From positions 1 through 64,000 of IMG/VR virus record IMGVR_UViG_3300031566_000016: a DNA stretch of 64,000 nucleotides. One strand, given 5' to 3'. Each line of letters begins with the position of its first letter. Position 1 is the first letter of the stretch. The DNA is from a virus. Of this stretch, positions 53,056 through 62,311 are shown piece by piece. A model generated the notes under the pieces. That model was given only the letters and a program-made list of their open reading frames with translations, searched no databases and was not told where the DNA came from. A program made the position numbers and the translations under genes.

Positions 53056-53165
53056 GCCCCGAGGTGAGGGGAAGTCCCACAATGGGGCGCGACGGGCCTT
53101 AGATCAACGTACAGGCCCGGCAGCGGGCACAATAGCGGGGCGCGGCCCCGAGGAGGCAGGACAGA

Positions 53166-53384
53166 ATGGCGAACACAGTAGATTTGGAGAAGCTGGCCGC
53201 AGAGCTTGAGCATTGCGCGTGGCAGAGCGAAGCGACCGCGACGGTGGGCAGGACGAACAAGGAGAAGCGGGCACACTGGCGAGGCCGGGCGGACGCATTC
53301 CGTCAGACCGCGCGGGAGATTCGAAGCATAGCGGACGGAACGGCCCCTCCCGCGCTCTTTCCCTCGGTTGCCCGCAAGACCTGA
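53166..53384 (+). CDS. hypothetical early protein
   Basis: Repeat leader plus AGGAGG. Confidence 0.6.
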   Translation: MANTVDLEKLAAELEHCAWQSEATATVGRTNKEKRAHWRGRADAFRQTAREIRSIADGTAPPALFPSVARKT

Positions 53385-53478
53385 GCACGGGCGCAGATCG
53401 GCAGGCGCACCGAGCCGGGCGGACCCCGGCAACGACGGCAGCGAGCTGCGGCCGTACAGCTAAGAGGAGGCGAGGCAG

Positions 53479-53679
53479 ATGCAACAGGGCGACAAAGTGA
53501 AGGTTTCGGCGAAGTTCATGCGGGAGGCGGGGCTCCCCCGATGGGAGGGAGCGATCGACACCGTGGAGGAGGTCGGCGAGGGCGAGCGCAAAGGGCTTGT
53601 GCGCGTAAAGTGGGACCGTGGCGAAGACGCCTTCGCATGGTGGCGGCGAAGCAGCCTGCAGAAGGTGGCGGCACCGTAG
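53479..53679 (+). CDS. small SH3/KOW-like beta-barrel protein
   Basis: MQQGDKVKV...GAIDTV...VRVKWD...SLQKV. Confidence 0.55.
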   Translation: MQQGDKVKVSAKFMREAGLPRWEGAIDTVEEVGEGERKGLVRVKWDRGEDAFAWWRRSSLQKVAAP

Positions 53680-53763
53680 GCGCACCAGGGGGACAACCTG
53701 AAAGGCGGCAGATCATGGACAAGCAGACGGCCCGGCAGCGGGCACAATCAGGAGGCGGTTACG

Positions 53764-53952
53764 GTGACACAGGCGCAGAAGGCGGACCTTGAGTTTTACC
53801 AAGGGGAGGCGCGGCGGCACTTGGCGGAGGGCAATCAGCGGGAGGCCCTGGGGTGCTACATCCTGGGGCGGGACCTGGCCGGGCTTCCGGTGGCGGACCA
53901 GACCCGGCGGGACTATGGGAACAAGCTGCAGGCGGAACTGGCGCGCAAGTAG
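53764..53952 (+). CDS. hypothetical early protein
   Basis: AGGAGG RBS; FYQGEA motif. Confidence 0.55.
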   Translation: MTQAQKADLEFYQGEARRHLAEGNQREALGCYILGRDLAGLPVADQTRRDYGNKLQAELARK

Positions 53953-53992
53953 GCGGGCATAATAGCGGGGCACGGCCCCGAGGAGGCAGATC

Positions 53993-54211
53993 ATGCAAGA
54001 CACCAAGATCATCCTGACTGACGAGAATCTGGCGCTCGTGCTGGCGGCCCTGCGCGCCTATCAGATTCACCTGACCGGCAAGCTGGCGGACACGGGACAG
54101 GTGGAGGGCATCGCAAGCATCGCCACAATGGACGGCCACTACCCGGCGCCCACACCCGAGGACGTGGACGAGTTCGCGGAGAGGCTGAACACAGGGTACT
54201 ACGACGTTTGA
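53993..54211 (+). CDS. hypothetical early protein
   Basis: Repeat leader plus AGATCATG. Confidence 0.6.
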   Translation: MQDTKIILTDENLALVLAALRAYQIHLTGKLADTGQVEGIASIATMDGHYPAPTPEDVDEFAERLNTGYYDV

Positions 54212-54272
54212 CCGGCCCCACCACAGGCGGACCCGGGCGGCAGGCCCGGCACACGACGGCAGGAGGCAGATC

Positions 54273-55202
54273 ATGGTACAGACAGCGCAAAGCGAGCACG
54301 TAATATCGCGGCTGGCGCAGGTTCTCGGTGAGGGTTGGACGGCGGTTCCCTTCAGCGGTTCCGGCGATGGGCAGTTGACCGGGCCGGGCGGGGAAAAGGT
54401 CTGGGTCAAGCTGTACCTCGGGGAGGCGTCATTGCACATTGACCTGCAGGACGGCGCGGAGGCCCCGACCATTCGGCAGCGCGTCACGAACGGCGAGGCC
54501 CTTGACTTCATGGCGCAGGCTATCGCGGAGGCCTTCCCGGTTTGGGCGGAGGCCCACAAGCAGGACCTCCGGCGGCAGAAGGAACTGCCGGGGGCGCAGG
54601 AGGCTTTCGCCCGTGCGGTCGCGGATCACCTGGGCGAGGGTTGGAGCGGGGGCGTAGAAGGCTACTGGAATAGCCTCAAGGTGTACGTGACGAAGGGGGA
54701 CCTGCGGATTCAGTGGCAGCCGGTGGGGTTCGCGCCGAAGGGGGCTGACAAGCTGGCCGAGAGGCTTAACCTGTCGGCCTTCGGCGGCCCGTCTATCACG
54801 GTTTCCAGCAAGCGCACGGCGAAGGCAGTGGCGAGCGAAATCACGCGGCGCCTGTTGCCCGGCTACCTCGCGGACCTGCAGGCGGCAGATGAGGAGAAGG
54901 CCCGGCACAAGCAGGCCGTGGCGGACGTAGTAAAGATCGTGGCCCTCGTGGAGAAACACGGGGCGGCATTCAAGCCCTTTGTTCGCGGCTACAACCAGGA
55001 CCACACCGGCGAGACGGTAGATGTAGACCTGAGCGCATTCGACCTCGGCGGGGCTACACTCCACGGGGAGGCGCAGTGCCGCGCGGGCGGAGCGTACCTG
55101 AAGATCGAGGTGGGCAAGTTGGACGCGGCGGGGCTCAAGATCATGTTGGGGGCGCTGGCCAAGGCCGCGGCGAAGCTGGCCCCCGCGGAAGGTGATGAGT
55201 AG
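54273..55202 (+). CDS. hypothetical phage protein with internal duplication
   Basis: LGEGW occurs twice; ITVSSKRT...EITRRLLPGY. Confidence 0.7.
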   Translation: MVQTAQSEHVISRLAQVLGEGWTAVPFSGSGDGQLTGPGGEKVWVKLYLGEASLHIDLQDGAEAPTIRQRVTNGEALDFMAQAIAEAFPVWAEAHKQDLRRQKELPGAQEAFARAVADHLGEGWSGGVEGYWNSLKVYVTKGDLRIQWQPVGFAPKGADKLAERLNLSAFGGPSITVSSKRTAKAVASEITRRLLPGYLADLQAADEEKARHKQAVADVVKIVALVEKHGAAFKPFVRGYNQDHTGETVDVDLSAFDLGGATLHGEAQCRAGGAYLKIEVGKLDAAGLKIMLGALAKAAAKLAPAEGDE

Positions 55203-55312
55203 CGGCCCGGTGCCTTCGTCCTGTGCCGGGCCGCGCGCTGGCGGCTGCGGCGCAGGAGGGCGGCACACGCCCGGCAGGCGCACCAATCGGCGCACCAGGA
55301 GGCAGGCAGATC

Positions 55313-55570
55313 ATGGGTTACTTGAGAGTACAGATCATCACGAACGGTACGCCCTGCGACGTGAAGGACTTGACGGCAGAGGGCTTGCACGAAGCGGCGC
55401 ACCAGGCGCGGAGGCTGGCCGATGAGTGCGAGGAACGGGAGGCGGAACTAGCCGACGAGGAGGCGGCAGGGGACAACCTGAACGCCGCGGAGAAGGCGCA
55501 CTGCCCGTCCTGTGGGCACCCGGTTCCCCTCTGCACCTGCGAGCCGGTGACGGACCCGCAGGAGGCCTGA
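55313..55570 (+). CDS. small protein with C-terminal Zn knuckle
   Basis: CPSCG...CTC. Confidence 0.55.
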   Translation: MGYLRVQIITNGTPCDVKDLTAEGLHEAAHQARRLADECEEREAELADEEAAGDNLNAAEKAHCPSCGHPVPLCTCEPVTDPQEA

Positions 55571-55654
55571 CCCCTGCGCTGTGGCGGGCCTGTGACGGGC
55601 TGCGCCACACCGGAGGGGCTTGTGCCCCCACAATCGCTCAGGAGGCGAGAGATC

Positions 55655-55822
55655 ATGTCACAGAAGGCGCTGCAGGTGAAGTTCAAGGTACAGCATTTCG
55701 ACCGGAAGCGGTCGGCGGCGGCGAAGGCGCAGGACTGCGAGCTGCGGCAGGCGCGGCGGGCCGTGGGGCGCGGGGTGCTCCCGGCGGTCCCGGCGGACGA
55801 CGCGGGGGAGGTGGCCATGTGA
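55655..55822 (+). CDS. hypothetical early protein
   Basis: AGGAGG...AGATCATG start. Confidence 0.5.
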   Translation: MSQKALQVKFKVQHFDRKRSAAAKAQDCELRQARRAVGRGVLPAVPADDAGEVAM

Positions 55823-55988
55823 CGACCTCCCCCACAATCCGGCACCTGCAGGCCCGGTGCCTGCGGAACGCGGCGCAACTCGCGGGGGACCGGCGGGAGC
55901 GGCGGCGGCTGCGGGCAGAGGCGGCGCGGGTATCGGCAGGGCAGGGCGTGCTCGTCACGCCACAATGCGACGCACAGGAGGCAGGACG

Positions 55989-56246
55989 ATGAGACTGGCA
56001 ACCGTAAATGCGAAGTTACTTGATGTGCAGATCGTGAAGGCCGGGCGGCGATACGCCGTTGCCTACAAAGAGCGGGGGAGTTGGAACGTGTACTGCAACG
56101 GCGGCGGATGGGGGACGGGCATCACGCCTGAGCAGGCACTCGTGGGGGCATACTACGACAAGTCAAAGCCGGTGCTGTTTGACACCATCGGGGACGCGCT
56201 AATAGCGGCCAAGTATGATGCGCCAGAGGAGGCCCCGAATGTCTGA
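55989..56246 (+). CDS. hypothetical early protein
   Basis: AGGAGG RBS; MRLATVN start. Confidence 0.55.
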   Translation: MRLATVNAKLLDVQIVKAGRRYAVAYKERGSWNVYCNGGGWGTGITPEQALVGAYYDKSKPVLFDTIGDALIAAKYDAPEEAPNV

Positions 56247-56448
56247 GCAGATCATCATTTCCAGGAAGGGCTGGACAAGCAAGACGTACCTGATACCACG
56301 GGTGCCCGGATACTTCTCCGACTCGTTCTCAAACTGGAGATCCCAGGCGCGCGTCTTCTCCACAATGCCCGAGGCGGAGGCTGCACTTGACCGGCTGATG
56401 CGCGCCGGTATCACAGACGCCAGAATCGAGGTGGAGTCCCATGACTGA
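56239..56448 (+). CDS. hypothetical protein
   Basis: GGAGG RBS; coupled to the upstream gene. Confidence 0.5.
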   Translation: MSEQIIISRKGWTSKTYLIPRVPGYFSDSFSNWRSQARVFSTMPEAEAALDRLMRAGITDARIEVESHD

Positions 56449-56662
56449 GCAGATCACACAACAGCAGCGCGTGGCCGGCGCGGCCGCCCTGGCCGACTCC
56501 GCAGAGAGACAACTGCGCGAGCGCAAGGACTGGCGCAAGCACCCCACAATGCTCAAGTTTATGGAGTCGCAGGCGGCGCGGCTCCGCCACCGGGCAACCG
56601 GAATCGCTGAGGGCTGGTGGAACTCGGATATGGAGGCGGCTTCCCATGTCAGCTTCGCCTGA
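56441..56662 (+). CDS. hypothetical protein
   Basis: Coupled ORF. Confidence 0.5.
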   Translation: MTEQITQQQRVAGAAALADSAERQLRERKDWRKHPTMLKFMESQAARLRHRATGIAEGWWNSDMEAASHVSFA

Positions 56663-56930
56663 GCAGATCACAGAACTTCCGACGACCGCTGAAGAGTGCG
56701 AGCGGTACAACAACCCGACGAATGACGAACTGCGGCAGATCGCCCGCTCCTACATCGGCGACGACCCCGACCGCATCGAACGCATGGTGGAGTCCTACCG
56801 GGCCGGGGGACGCCTGCGGCAAACGCTGGACAGCTACGCGGCGGCGGGGATCAAGGGCGGGCTACCAGGGCTTGAGGCAAAGATCAAGGCGTCATGCGAC
56901 GCCCGGGCGAGAGGCAGGCGATCCCGATGA
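56646..56930 (+). CDS. hypothetical protein
   Basis: GGAGG RBS. Confidence 0.5.
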   Translation: MSASPEQITELPTTAEECERYNNPTNDELRQIARSYIGDDPDRIERMVESYRAGGRLRQTLDSYAAAGIKGGLPGLEAKIKASCDARARGRRSR

Positions 56931-57148
56931 CCTGGACCTGCACCACCTGCGGCGCCGTCCTGGCGAACCCGGCCGAGGTACAGGATCACTACTACACCGT
57001 TGACCTGGACGACGAGGGGCACGACCACTTCCGCAGTCCCGGCGGCGTGGTCTACAAGGAGACCGCGGACGGGCTCAATCCGCTGGAGCCACAACCGGCC
57101 CCCGAGGCCGTGACGGTGGACCTGCGGCAGCTCGCGCTGGCAATCTGA
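56927..57148 (+). CDS. small Zn-finger-like protein
   Basis: MTWTCTTCG...H; ATGA-coupled. Confidence 0.5.
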   Translation: MTWTCTTCGAVLANPAEVQDHYYTVDLDDEGHDHFRSPGGVVYKETADGLNPLEPQPAPEAVTVDLRQLALAI

Positions 57149-57159
57149 GGAGGTAGATC

Positions 57160-57525
57160 ATGGCAGTTACGGACAACCATCTGCACATGGCGATCATGTT
57201 TGACGCAGCGGCCTGCTATGAGGTATTCGACCGCATTGGGGACGTAGCGGCAGCCGAGGCGGCACAAGCAGCCAACGAGCACAACCTGCAATTCCCCTGT
57301 TGGATGCCCGGCACCAATGGACGGTTCAGGGAGTTCGACATCCCGCATTTCGGGAGGAGATCGTCCGTCTTCGTCCTGGCGATCATCGCGGGATACCTTG
57401 TCTGGATCTCCCGAAGAGGGAATCAACCCATTCCTGATGACAACGGCTTTCTGACCGCTGCGGCTGCTGGTTACGACACTCTCTACGCACCGGGACGAGA
57501 ACATGCCCTGACCTTGGAATTGTGA
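57160..57525 (+). CDS. hypothetical protein
   Basis: AGGAGGT-AGATCATG start. Confidence 0.55.
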   Translation: MAVTDNHLHMAIMFDAAACYEVFDRIGDVAAAEAAQAANEHNLQFPCWMPGTNGRFREFDIPHFGRRSSVFVLAIIAGYLVWISRRGNQPIPDDNGFLTAAAAGYDTLYAPGREHALTLEL

Positions 57526-57534
57526 GGTGACACC

Positions 57535-58536
57535 ATGACACGACTCAAGCTCAAAGATGGCGCGGTAGCCTTCTCCCCCGACCGGCGCGGCGTCTGGGTG
57601 GAGGACGCAGGCGGGGAAGCGGGGTGGGCAGAGGTGGCGGCGCTCCCTGCCGACCTCCCCCCGAAGGACCGGGCGCTGGTCGCACAGGCCATCGCCACAA
57701 GCGCGCCACAAGCGCCTGTAACGCCCGTTTCGGAGAAATGTGGACCTACGCCACCCGGACCGCCTGTAGCGCGCTCAGAGACAAGCCCTGCGCCTGCGCC
57801 GCCCGTCGAAGTGCCCGTGGCCGCAGCAGAGCTGGCGGAAGCCCTCCGGCAGGCCGACGGCCGCCGCGCCGGCGGCAGGCCCCCGAAGCCCGGCCCCTCC
57901 CCCGAGGCCGAAGCCGCCGCCGTGGAGCTGGTGCGCGCGAAGGCCGAGGTCGAACGCGCCAAGGCCGATTCCCTCCGGGGCGAAGCCGCCGCCCGCATCG
58001 AACGGGAACGCGAGCTGCACGAGGCCCGCCTGCGCCGCGAGGAGGACGCCGCCGACCGGGAAGCCGACCGGCGCCGCGACCGGCCGCAGGCTGAGCTCTC
58101 CCCCTCCGACTTGGCACAACAGGCCCGGGACCAACGCCTGCGGGCGCAGATCGAGCGCGACCGCCTCGAAGCCGACGTGGCCCGGACAACCCGCAAGGAC
58201 TACAAGGTCCAGCGGAAGCGGGAGATGGAAGCCCAACCGCCCTCGGGGACGAACACAATGATCCTGGGGTGTAGCGGCTGGGTCATCGGCGCGGGGGCCG
58301 GCGCATTTCTTGCCTGCATCAGCGGCGCAGGGCTGGATGGCAGCGCGGCTGTCGGCATCGGACTGCTGCTGGTCATGCCGTGGGTGGGGGCGTTCTTGTT
58401 GCCGCAGGTGGAGTGGATACCGTACCGGGCGAAGTTGCGGCAGGAGCGGGAGCGCGAGGAGACGCAGGCGCGGGCGAGACGACGAGAAGAGTACCTGGCC
58501 ATGAGAGCGGCCACAACTACAGAGGAGGCGAGATAG
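57535..58536 (+). CDS. coiled-coil membrane protein
   Basis: Pro-rich linker, charged coiled coil, two C-terminal TM segments. Confidence 0.6.
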   Translation: MTRLKLKDGAVAFSPDRRGVWVEDAGGEAGWAEVAALPADLPPKDRALVAQAIATSAPQAPVTPVSEKCGPTPPGPPVARSETSPAPAPPVEVPVAAAELAEALRQADGRRAGGRPPKPGPSPEAEAAAVELVRAKAEVERAKADSLRGEAAARIERERELHEARLRREEDAADREADRRRDRPQAELSPSDLAQQARDQRLRAQIERDRLEADVARTTRKDYKVQRKREMEAQPPSGTNTMILGCSGWVIGAGAGAFLACISGAGLDGSAAVGIGLLLVMPWVGAFLLPQVEWIPYRAKLRQEREREETQARARRREEYLAMRAATTTEEAR

Positions 58537-58538
58537 AC

Positions 58539-58784
58539 ATGCGAGGACTCATCGGCACAATCAAGCACCTGCGGCCCGGGCTCTACAAGGTGGCGCGCGG
58601 CCTCGGGGACGTGCAGGCCCTGGCCAGCGGCAAACCCCGCGTCGTGGGGCGCAGACTCATTCGCAAGACGGCAGGCCACGCTTACTCACAATTGGCGGGA
58701 GGCCGTGGCGGGTTCGTTTCGGTGCTGCTGGACATCGCGCTGATGCTGCTGGGGCGCGGCGTCGGCGGACGGGGGCGGTGGTAG
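58539..58784 (+). CDS. small basic phage protein
   Basis: LYKVARGLGDVQAL...RRLIRKTAG. Confidence 0.55.
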   Translation: MRGLIGTIKHLRPGLYKVARGLGDVQALASGKPRVVGRRLIRKTAGHAYSQLAGGRGGFVSVLLDIALMLLGRGVGGRGRW

Positions 58785-58787
58785 GAG

Positions 58788-58949
58788 ATGGACGACTTCA
58801 AGATCGTCAACATTCACGAGTTGGTCGAGAAGTTGCGAGAGATCGCGACGTTCCCCTACTACAGCGAGGAACAAAGAGACCTGATGCTGGTAGAGGAGCT
58901 GCTCGCGGTTCTGGGCGAAGATGTCAAAGAGGCCTTCGACGAAAGGTAG
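58788..58949 (+). CDS. small acidic protein (53 aa)
   Basis: Manual translation MDDFKIVNIHELVEKLREIATFP... Confidence 0.5.
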   Translation: MDDFKIVNIHELVEKLREIATFPYYSEEQRDLMLVEELLAVLGEDVKEAFDER

Positions 58950-58952
58950 CGG

Positions 58953-59159
58953 ATAGCCACGAAGACGACGACCTGCCGCACCTGCCGACACCACGAGAAG
59001 GGACCCCGCGGCTCCTTGTGCCGGCACCCCAAGCACATCATCACCGTCCCCGACATCATCCGGGGCGGAGAGGTCCAGTTCCCGCAGAGCTGCGTCGTGC
59101 TGGCGGCGCGCATGGTGGGCGACTGCCCACATCACGAAGAGGAGAGTGAGAAGCTATGA
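58953..59159 (+). CDS. Cys/His-rich reading frame lacking a canonical start
   Basis: CRTCRH...LCRHPK...C...GDCPHHE; begins with ATA, in frame behind a TAG. Confidence 0.4.
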   Translation: MATKTTTCRTCRHHEKGPRGSLCRHPKHIITVPDIIRGGEVQFPQSCVVLAARMVGDCPHHEEESEKL

Positions 59160-60211
59160 GCACCGAGACCGCGCCGAAGACGATCACCCTGGGGGACTGG
59201 CTCAAGGGCATGACCCGCATGGTGGCGGGACTAGGCGCAAATGGATTCTATGCAGCGGCAGAGGTCGGGCCGACCACATACATCGGCGAGGGCCCGACCC
59301 CCGAGGACGCGCTGCAGGAGCTCGCCGAGACCGTCTGCGGCCCCGGCACGCTGCTGGACCTCGGGCGCTCCGCCAAGTGGGCGGCGGCCCACGGCCCCGA
59401 CGGAGTGGCCGGCCTATCCGAGGGGGAATGCGGAGTGGTCGAGGTGAAGGATGGGGCGCTGCGACTCATGGAGACGCTGGGGACGCCCGAGTATCACACG
59501 GAGGGCGACCAGCTCATCGTGGAATACCGCAAGGCACCAAACGACACCGCCGGCCTGGCCGAGGGGGAATGGGGTGTCGTCGTCTGCCGCGAGGGGAAGC
59601 TACTCCTAGATGACAAGATCACGCCGGAGATCATGGAGCGCATCGGGCCATTCTTCTCCCGGAGAGTGCGGGACAACGACACCCCTACCGCGCGCGCCCC
59701 CAACACCTGCGAGACCGGCCTGCCCGTCGTCTACCCGGACCCGCCCGCCGAGACCCGAACGGAGAACCTCCAGCGCCGCGTGGATGAGCATATCGCAGCG
59801 CACCCCGAGGTACTGGGCAACGCCCACGATGGCAAGGTGACGATCTCACTGCCCTCCGAGGGCCCGGCCGACCGCCTCGCCGAGGCCATCATCGGACTCG
59901 CCGAACGCTGCCACGCCACCAAGACGGCACCCAGCCTCGACACCGATGTGGAACGGGGCGGCATCCGGGATACCCTGAACCGCGTCAGCGCCTGGGCTGC
60001 CGAACACATGGGAGAAGGGACCGTGCTGCAGCACCATACCGCTAACGGCATTCTCCTGCAACTGCAGCATGGCGGCAGGACGTTTCCCGATGCACAGATA
60101 TACTACGATCTGAAGCGCCTCACGCCCGGCGACTTCTCCCGCCAAGTGGACGAGATGCTGGCGGCCTGGGAGAAACTGCTGAAAGGGATGAAGGAGGAAG
60201 ACCATGAGTGA
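59156..60211 (+). CDS. hypothetical phage protein with short internal duplication
   Basis: AGLSEGECGVV / AGLAEGEWGVV. Confidence 0.65.
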   Translation: MSTETAPKTITLGDWLKGMTRMVAGLGANGFYAAAEVGPTTYIGEGPTPEDALQELAETVCGPGTLLDLGRSAKWAAAHGPDGVAGLSEGECGVVEVKDGALRLMETLGTPEYHTEGDQLIVEYRKAPNDTAGLAEGEWGVVVCREGKLLLDDKITPEIMERIGPFFSRRVRDNDTPTARAPNTCETGLPVVYPDPPAETRTENLQRRVDEHIAAHPEVLGNAHDGKVTISLPSEGPADRLAEAIIGLAERCHATKTAPSLDTDVERGGIRDTLNRVSAWAAEHMGEGTVLQHHTANGILLQLQHGGRTFPDAQIYYDLKRLTPGDFSRQVDEMLAAWEKLLKGMKEEDHE

Positions 60212-60479
60212 CCTGCTCGAACGCTTCAAGGTCGGCTGCTGCCTCGCCAAACGCGCCGGCACCGCCGTCACGCTCACCTACGATCAGGCGGAGGAGATTC
60301 TCGCCACCTGGTCCGCCGCCGAAGAACTCGCCGGGCTCGACCCGCTGACTATCGGACCCGACGGCCCGGACCATGTTGTCGTCGGCGTCCGCAAGATCGA
60401 GTGGACCGCCGAACGCCTCACCAACGAGGAGGCCCGTGCCGCCGCCGTGCGCCTGGGCGCCCTCTCCGAACGCACCTGA
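60204..60479 (+). CDS. hypothetical protein
   Basis: AGGAGG RBS. Confidence 0.55.
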   Translation: MSDLLERFKVGCCLAKRAGTAVTLTYDQAEEILATWSAAEELAGLDPLTIGPDGPDHVVVGVRKIEWTAERLTNEEARAAAVRLGALSERT

Positions 60480-60563
60480 CCGCCACAACACGCCCGGCGC
60501 CGGACTGCCTCGCCCCGCGCCGCGGCCCCCACCTCACCCGCGAGAGCCACCGAAAAGGAGACG

Positions 60564-60917
60564 ATGACGATGACACAATGGGAGTACAGCATCGAGGTGG
60601 GGGGCAACAGCGACTCGTATCAGCACACCACACAACGCTTGATTCAATTCGGTTCCGAAGGGTGGGAACTGTGCGGAGTTCACGACGGGGACCAGCCCGG
60701 ATGCATTTTCTACTACTTCAAGCGCCCGAAGGCCGAAGCCACCGCCCCCGTGCCGACCGACACCGAACTGCTCGACGCCCTGGAACGCAACTTCCACGGC
60801 TGCCATGTCGGCCCCGAGCGCGTCCTCGCCGAGATCGTCGTGCCCCATGACTGCGACAGCGCCCGTGACGCGGCCCATGCCATCCTCAACACGAGGGGGG
60901 GCGCCACCCATGTCTGA
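60564..60917 (+). CDS. DUF4177-like protein
   Basis: QWEYS...FGSEGWELCGV...YFKRP. Confidence 0.65.
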   Translation: MTMTQWEYSIEVGGNSDSYQHTTQRLIQFGSEGWELCGVHDGDQPGCIFYYFKRPKAEATAPVPTDTELLDALERNFHGCHVGPERVLAEIVVPHDCDSARDAAHAILNTRGGATHV

Positions 60918-61542
60918 CGCCTGGGCCGAACCCGCACCACGCAAGCAACGACAGCTTCCCGACGTGCTCACCGACGACGAGGTAGACCGCCTCCTCGCCG
61001 CGCCCAACATCCGCACCCACACCGGCCTCCGCGACCGCGCCATCATGGAAGTCGCCCTCCGCGCCGGCCTGCGTGTCTCGGAAATATGCGACCTGCGCGC
61101 CGACGCCGTGGACCTCGACACCGGCTGGTTGCACGTCCGCCACGGCAAGCGCGACAAGTCCCGCGACCTCGCCATCGGCCCGCGCCTCGCCCCCTGGCTG
61201 CAACGCTGGGTCGAGATCCGCCCCGAGAGTCCCTACTTCTTCTGCTCCGTCTGGTCCGGCCACGCCACTGGCAACCCGCCCGGCCAGCGCCTCTCCCGAC
61301 AAGCGATCGGAGAGACCTTTCGCCGCTACGCGGGGAAGGCCGGGGTCGCCCCGCGGGAGGAGGGGATGCACCCGGCGCGACCCCATGGCTTCCGGCACAA
61401 GTTTGCGACTGAGGCGGTGCGGGCGGGAGTATCGGTCTTCGTGCTGCAGAAGCTGATGGGTCACGCGGATTCGTCTACGACAAGTTTGTATCTGCACATG
61501 GAGAGCCGGGACGTAGCCGACGCCATGGCGCAGATCGGATGA
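60910..61542 (+). CDS. tyrosine recombinase, catalytic domain only (210 aa)
   Basis: LPDVLT, RDRA, GLRVSE (R), GKRDKSR (K), HGFRH (HxxR), LMGH, SLY (Y). Confidence 0.93.
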   Translation: MSDAWAEPAPRKQRQLPDVLTDDEVDRLLAAPNIRTHTGLRDRAIMEVALRAGLRVSEICDLRADAVDLDTGWLHVRHGKRDKSRDLAIGPRLAPWLQRWVEIRPESPYFFCSVWSGHATGNPPGQRLSRQAIGETFRRYAGKAGVAPREEGMHPARPHGFRHKFATEAVRAGVSVFVLQKLMGHADSSTTSLYLHMESRDVADAMAQIG

Positions 61543-61557
61543 AAGGAGACACACGGG

Positions 61558-62175
61558 TTGGAACCCATTTGGCTCACTGAAGAAGAAGCAACAACCGCGG
61601 TCGCCAAGTGCGCCGCATTCGTCCATGCCCGCCTTGCCGAGACTTCGTCCATAGGCTTCCGAATAAGTCCAATGTTGGAGCCCCAGAATGACCGAGGTCT
61701 GCTCGTCTCAACGAGCATCGGCATCTTGCACAAGCACGACCATCCCTGCCTCAACTTCCACGACATGCAGGACGACAACAGCATGGGATTGTACTGGCTG
61801 GTCTCGTCGCGACCATCAGACGATGTCATGCGCTATTACGAAGACGAACCTCCACCCGACATGTGGGAAGGCATCATCGAGGTCGCGCCGTTCGGGTTTG
61901 ACTCACGCTTCTATGATGGCTTCATCGTGGGGCCACCATACGAAAGAGCCCCTAGTGAAGCGGTGTTTTCGCGGTGGACAAGGCTGCTATATCGGTCCAT
62001 GATGCGAGAGTACATCAAGTGGGCAGAAGAGGAAGAAAAGATCGTGACGCCAGGGGAACTCACACTCGGAGACGAGTTGGGTATCTTCAATCTGTACACG
62101 AAGAGCATACATATGTCAGGGCCTTGGCAAGCGGTTGACCGCGTGCTGGGCGGCAACTTCTGGTACGAGGACTAA
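61558..62175 (+). CDS. hypothetical protein, AT-richer (moron-like)
   Basis: AAAGGAG plus TTG start; composition differs from the flanks. Confidence 0.6.
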   Translation: MEPIWLTEEEATTAVAKCAAFVHARLAETSSIGFRISPMLEPQNDRGLLVSTSIGILHKHDHPCLNFHDMQDDNSMGLYWLVSSRPSDDVMRYYEDEPPPDMWEGIIEVAPFGFDSRFYDGFIVGPPYERAPSEAVFSRWTRLLYRSMMREYIKWAEEEEKIVTPGELTLGDELGIFNLYTKSIHMSGPWQAVDRVLGGNFWYED

Positions 62176-62198
62176 CCGCACCGCCGCCATACACCAAC

Positions 62199-62235
62199 AA
62201 AGAAGCCGCCTCAGGTGATCCTGGGGCGGCTTCTT
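62199..62235. terminator. bidirectional intrinsic terminator
   Basis: AAGAAGCCGCC...GGCGGCTTCTT between convergent genes. Confidence 0.8.
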
Positions 62236-62311
62236 CATGTCGAGTAATGGGTCAGGTCTACTTGGTGCGCGTTTGTCGGTCTGGTGCCGCTGGTGACGCC
62301 ACGGTGAAGCC

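Larger units (their letters stand above)
53114..53989 (+). repeat. dispersed start-associated leader repeats
   Basis: 37-nt repeat 53123-53159/53953-53989 (35/37 identical); 20-nt exact repeat 53114-53133/53729-53748. Confidence 0.85.

Noticed and set aside
52850-55660. CRISPR array or integron attC array
   Set aside because: Repeats are irregular in length and spacing and contain SD sequences; no cas genes; no GTTRRRY/RYYYAAC attC structure; the recombinase shows no obvious IntI-type insertion.
60910-62300. attP or prophage boundary next to the recombinase
   Set aside because: Phage-type genes continue on both sides; no tRNA 3'-end duplicate or host gene found.
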